A stretch of DNA of 64,000 bases from Minisyncoccota bacterium (GTDB lineage: Bacteria; Patescibacteriota; Minisyncoccia; Minisyncoccales; JAGOPM01): positions 251,920-315,919 of the forward strand of contig JBAZJI010000001.1 of NCBI GenBank assembly GCA_041651395.1, written 5' to 3'. The first letter of the stretch is position 1, and every line of letters starts with the position of its first letter. The translations under genes were made by a program, and so were the position numbers. The notes beneath the pieces were generated by a model. That model worked only from the letters and a program-made list of their open reading frames with translations, did no database searches and was not told the origin of the DNA. This document shows, piece after piece, positions 61,566 through 64,000 of the stretch.

Positions 61566-62117
61566 ATGCAAGATAACAAACCTGCTCGCCCCACAAAGGA
61601 CGAGTATTATCTAAATATCGCCGATCAGGTTGGGAAACGCTCTACCTGCTATCGTTCTCATGGCGGGGCGATAATTGTTCGGGACGACCAAATTGTAGCC
61701 ACTGGCTATATTGGCGCTCCGCGCAAGTCCAAAGATTGCTTTGAGCGTGGAAACTGCGTGCGCGACTTATTGCAGATTCCGCATGGTACCCGTTACGAAA
61801 TTTGCCGGAGCGTGCATGCCGAGCAGAATGCCATAATTAATGCTGCCCGAGCAGGGGTTTCGCTCTTGGGCGGGGACATGTTCATTTCTATCCGGTCGGC
61901 CAAAACCGGTCAAACAGTTGATAGCTTTCCTTGTTTTATCTGCAAAAAGATGATTATCAATTCCGGCTTGCAGCGCGTAGTTTGCACCACTTCGGAAGGC
62001 AAAATAAAAGTATTTTCGGTGGAAGATTGGGTAAATGATTGGCGCCAAAAAGATATTGTTGATGATGAGCACCAATATGGGGCAGAGCAAAATCATAAAG
62101 AAAATCTAAAAATATAA
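61566..62117 (+). CDS. dCMP deaminase (ComEB-like cytidine/deoxycytidylate deaminase)
   Basis: It has the zinc motifs HAEQNAI and PCFICKKMIINSG, and an N-terminal KDEYYLNIADQVGKRSTC. Confidence 0.85.
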   Translation: MQDNKPARPTKDEYYLNIADQVGKRSTCYRSHGGAIIVRDDQIVATGYIGAPRKSKDCFERGNCVRDLLQIPHGTRYEICRSVHAEQNAIINAARAGVSLLGGDMFISIRSAKTGQTVDSFPCFICKKMIINSGLQRVVCTTSEGKIKVFSVEDWVNDWRQKDIVDDEHQYGAEQNHKENLKI

Positions 62118-62674
62118 TGAAAGCGAAAGTTATAGGTATTACCGGGCAGACGGGCGCGGGCAAAGACGCTCTCTGTGAGCAGCTAAAAAAAATAAATAAG
62201 AAAGCGATTTTCTTGCGTTTTTCCACGCCACTGACCGAGGCGCTCAATATTTTTACCAACGAAATAAAAAAAGAAGATCAGCAGTGGTTGGGCCGGGTTT
62301 TGCGCGAGCATTTTGGGGAAGATATTTTGGCACGCTCCATTGAACGTAAAATCAAGAGCTTGAAGGGCGGGCTGATTATTCTAAATGGTATTCGTTATGA
62401 GAGCGAGCGCCAACTCTTAAAAAAGCTCGGAGGCAAGCTCGTTTATATCAAGGCTGATGCCAAGACGCGTTGGCAGCGGGTGCGCAGCCGTAAAGAAAAA
62501 AAGGACGATAACTCCTCGTTTGAAAAGTTTTTGGAAATGGATTCGGCTTCCACGGAGCGTTCAATTTTAGAAATTGGCCAGAAGGCGGATTTTATCATCG
62601 CTAACAATGGCAGTCTTGCCGAGCTCAAAGACCAGTTAAAAAGCGCAATGCGCTGTTTTAAGGTGAAATGCTAG
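62117..62674 (+). CDS. P-loop nucleotide kinase-like protein (dNMP kinase / dephospho-CoA-kinase-like fold)
   Basis: It has the Walker A motif GITGQTGAGKD. Its size and its position between dCMP deaminase and tmk suggest a nucleotide kinase, but the specificity is unknown. Confidence 0.4.
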   Translation: MKAKVIGITGQTGAGKDALCEQLKKINKKAIFLRFSTPLTEALNIFTNEIKKEDQQWLGRVLREHFGEDILARSIERKIKSLKGGLIILNGIRYESERQLLKKLGGKLVYIKADAKTRWQRVRSRKEKKDDNSSFEKFLEMDSASTERSILEIGQKADFIIANNGSLAELKDQLKSAMRCFKVKC

Positions 62675-62716
62675 GGTTTGCCACTTATCATTTTGGCCTT
62701 AGCTATCGGATATTTT

Positions 62717-63337
62717 ATGATTTCTAATACATTTGGCGGCAAATTTATTGTTTTTGAAGGTTTAGATGGCAGCGGTCAGACCACGCAGGCTCGGCTTTTG
62801 GGCCAATATTTTGCTTCACAAGGCCGAGAGGTTTTACTGACAAAAGAGCCCACCCAATTGGATGGCCAGTTTCCTTCTAGCGTGGCGCAAAGCCTTAGGG
62901 ATGTGTTGGATAAAAAAGTAAAGATGGAGGCTAAACCCTTACAGGAGCTTTTTGCCCAAGATCGTCGCGAGCATCTAGAGAGGGAGATTATTCCGGCACT
63001 TAAAAGCGGTAAACTGGTCATCTGTGACCGGTATTGTTTTTCTTCTTTTGCTTTTGGTGCAGCGCATGGCAATAGTATGGACTATTTAATATCTCTGAAT
63101 AAGGATTTTTTAATGCCCGATTTCACATTTTTGCTGATGGTGAGCCCAAAAATTTGTATGCAGCGCGTGGTTAAACGCAATGAGGGGGTAAAATTTTTTG
63201 AAGTGGAAGAAAAGTTGGCCAAAACTTGGCAGCAATATGAAGAAGTAGTAAGGCGCTTCCCGCAGCTGCAGGTAATAGATGGAGAGAGGAGTATTGAAGA
63301 AATACACGAGGAAATAAGATTTATAATAAATAAATAA
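62717..63337 (+). CDS. tmk: thymidylate kinase
   Basis: It contains FIVFEGLDGSGQTTQ, a DRY-like CDRYCFSS and a lid region. I prefer the ATG at 62717 to the TTG at 62678. Confidence 0.88.
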   Translation: MISNTFGGKFIVFEGLDGSGQTTQARLLGQYFASQGREVLLTKEPTQLDGQFPSSVAQSLRDVLDKKVKMEAKPLQELFAQDRREHLEREIIPALKSGKLVICDRYCFSSFAFGAAHGNSMDYLISLNKDFLMPDFTFLLMVSPKICMQRVVKRNEGVKFFEVEEKLAKTWQQYEEVVRRFPQLQVIDGERSIEEIHEEIRFIINK

Positions 63338-63342
63338 TTTTT

Positions 63343-64000
63343 ATGGCGGAAATATTAAAGAGTGCCGGTAGGCATAAAATTCTCGCAATAATGGCCGGCT
63401 TCAACGGGGAAAATCCTTTACGGTTAGTGGAGGAGGCTGGGCGTACTGCCTACCAGAGTCGGGATAAAATCGGCGAGGGTACGGCGGAGAAATTTTGCGA
63501 AATGATTAGGCGCTTGGGCCATGAGAGTGTCCTGGAGCATAGTTCCATGAGCGTGGAGTTTTCCGGATATTCACGGGGTATGACCCACGAGCTCGTGCGC
63601 CATCGCGTTGCTTCTTTTACGCAAGAAAGCACGCGCTACGTGGATGAGAAAGAATTTCGCGTTGTTTTGCCTCCGCATAAAGACGAAAATGAAAAATTAG
63701 TAGAGATAATTATCGGCGAGGCGCCGGTCAAAGCGGTTTTGAAACTTTCAGCTAAAGATTGGGTACAGCTTAATGAACAAATGTATCGGGGTTTGCGCCT
63801 TGCTGGCTGGTTGCCCGAGGATGCGCGCCAATTATTGCCCACTGGCATCGAATCCCAAATAGTTATGACGGCCAATTTGCGTGAGTGGCGGCACGTTTTT
63901 AAGCTTCGCTGCGATAAGAAAGCGCACTGGGAGATCAGGCACGCTATGGTTAATTTGTTAAAAGATGTAAAGCAAAGAATACCGGTTATTTTTGATGACT
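63343..64000 (+). CDS. thyX: FAD-dependent thymidylate synthase ThyX, 3' end outside window
   Basis: It is not in the track because it runs off the end of the window. My translation is MAEILKSAGRHKILAIMAGF...GHESVLEHSSMSVEF...ELVRHRVASFTQESTRY, which contains the ThyX RHR...S motif. Confidence 0.85.
   Translation, partial: MAEILKSAGRHKILAIMAGFNGENPLRLVEEAGRTAYQSRDKIGEGTAEKFCEMIRRLGHESVLEHSSMSVEFSGYSRGMTHELVRHRVASFTQESTRYVDEKEFRVVLPPHKDENEKLVEIIIGEAPVKAVLKLSAKDWVQLNEQMYRGLRLAGWLPEDARQLLPTGIESQIVMTANLREWRHVFKLRCDKKAHWEIRHAMVNLLKDVKQRIPVIFDD

Overview
This 64-kb window looks like a chromosomal segment from a small-genome, moderately AT-rich bacterium. Its gene content suggests a Patescibacteria/CPR-like lineage: ThyX, GatCA, two MreB paralogs, many tiny transcription units, and many genes with no Shine-Dalgarno sequence. 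That taxonomic assignment is inference only. The housekeeping blocks are cmk; purA; murA-mreB-holB-frr-rseP-proS-mreB-gatCA; three tRNAs; pheST-gyrB; secE-nusG-rplK; and dCMP deaminase-kinase-tmk-thyX. They flank two accessory regions. (1) At 1.4-9.2 kb there are single-gene units, each with its own SD and terminator. They include a sigma-70-like protein with two region-4 HTH copies and a second protein carrying only a region-4-like HTH. (2) At 24.5-54.2 kb there are ten consecutive plus-strand genes, all encoding secreted or membrane-anchored proteins. These are a CAP/SCP protein, a sortase, a codon-usage-atypical 'stalk-domain' protein, a 1245-aa protein with 13 tandem six-cysteine modules, a 711-aa unknown, a 1374-aa double-vWA protein, a phosphodiester-glycosidase fusion, a 2873-aa giant with 13 copies of a related six-cysteine module, and two SLT/MltB-like lytic transglycosylases. 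By my count, one roughly 50-aa six-Cys module family occurs 29 times across three of these proteins, and I do not recognise it as a described domain. I consider this island the most interesting feature: a candidate cell-surface adhesion and envelope-breaching apparatus, which is a hypothesis. Other points of note are a non-canonical tRNA-like gene with a CAT anticodon, GC-rich structured spacers near the tRNAs, recurrent intergenic motifs (CAATATCAAAT-type and GGACA boxes), and consensus or duplicated promoters in front of the island genes. I found no CRISPR array, transposase, integrase, rRNA or reverse transcriptase.
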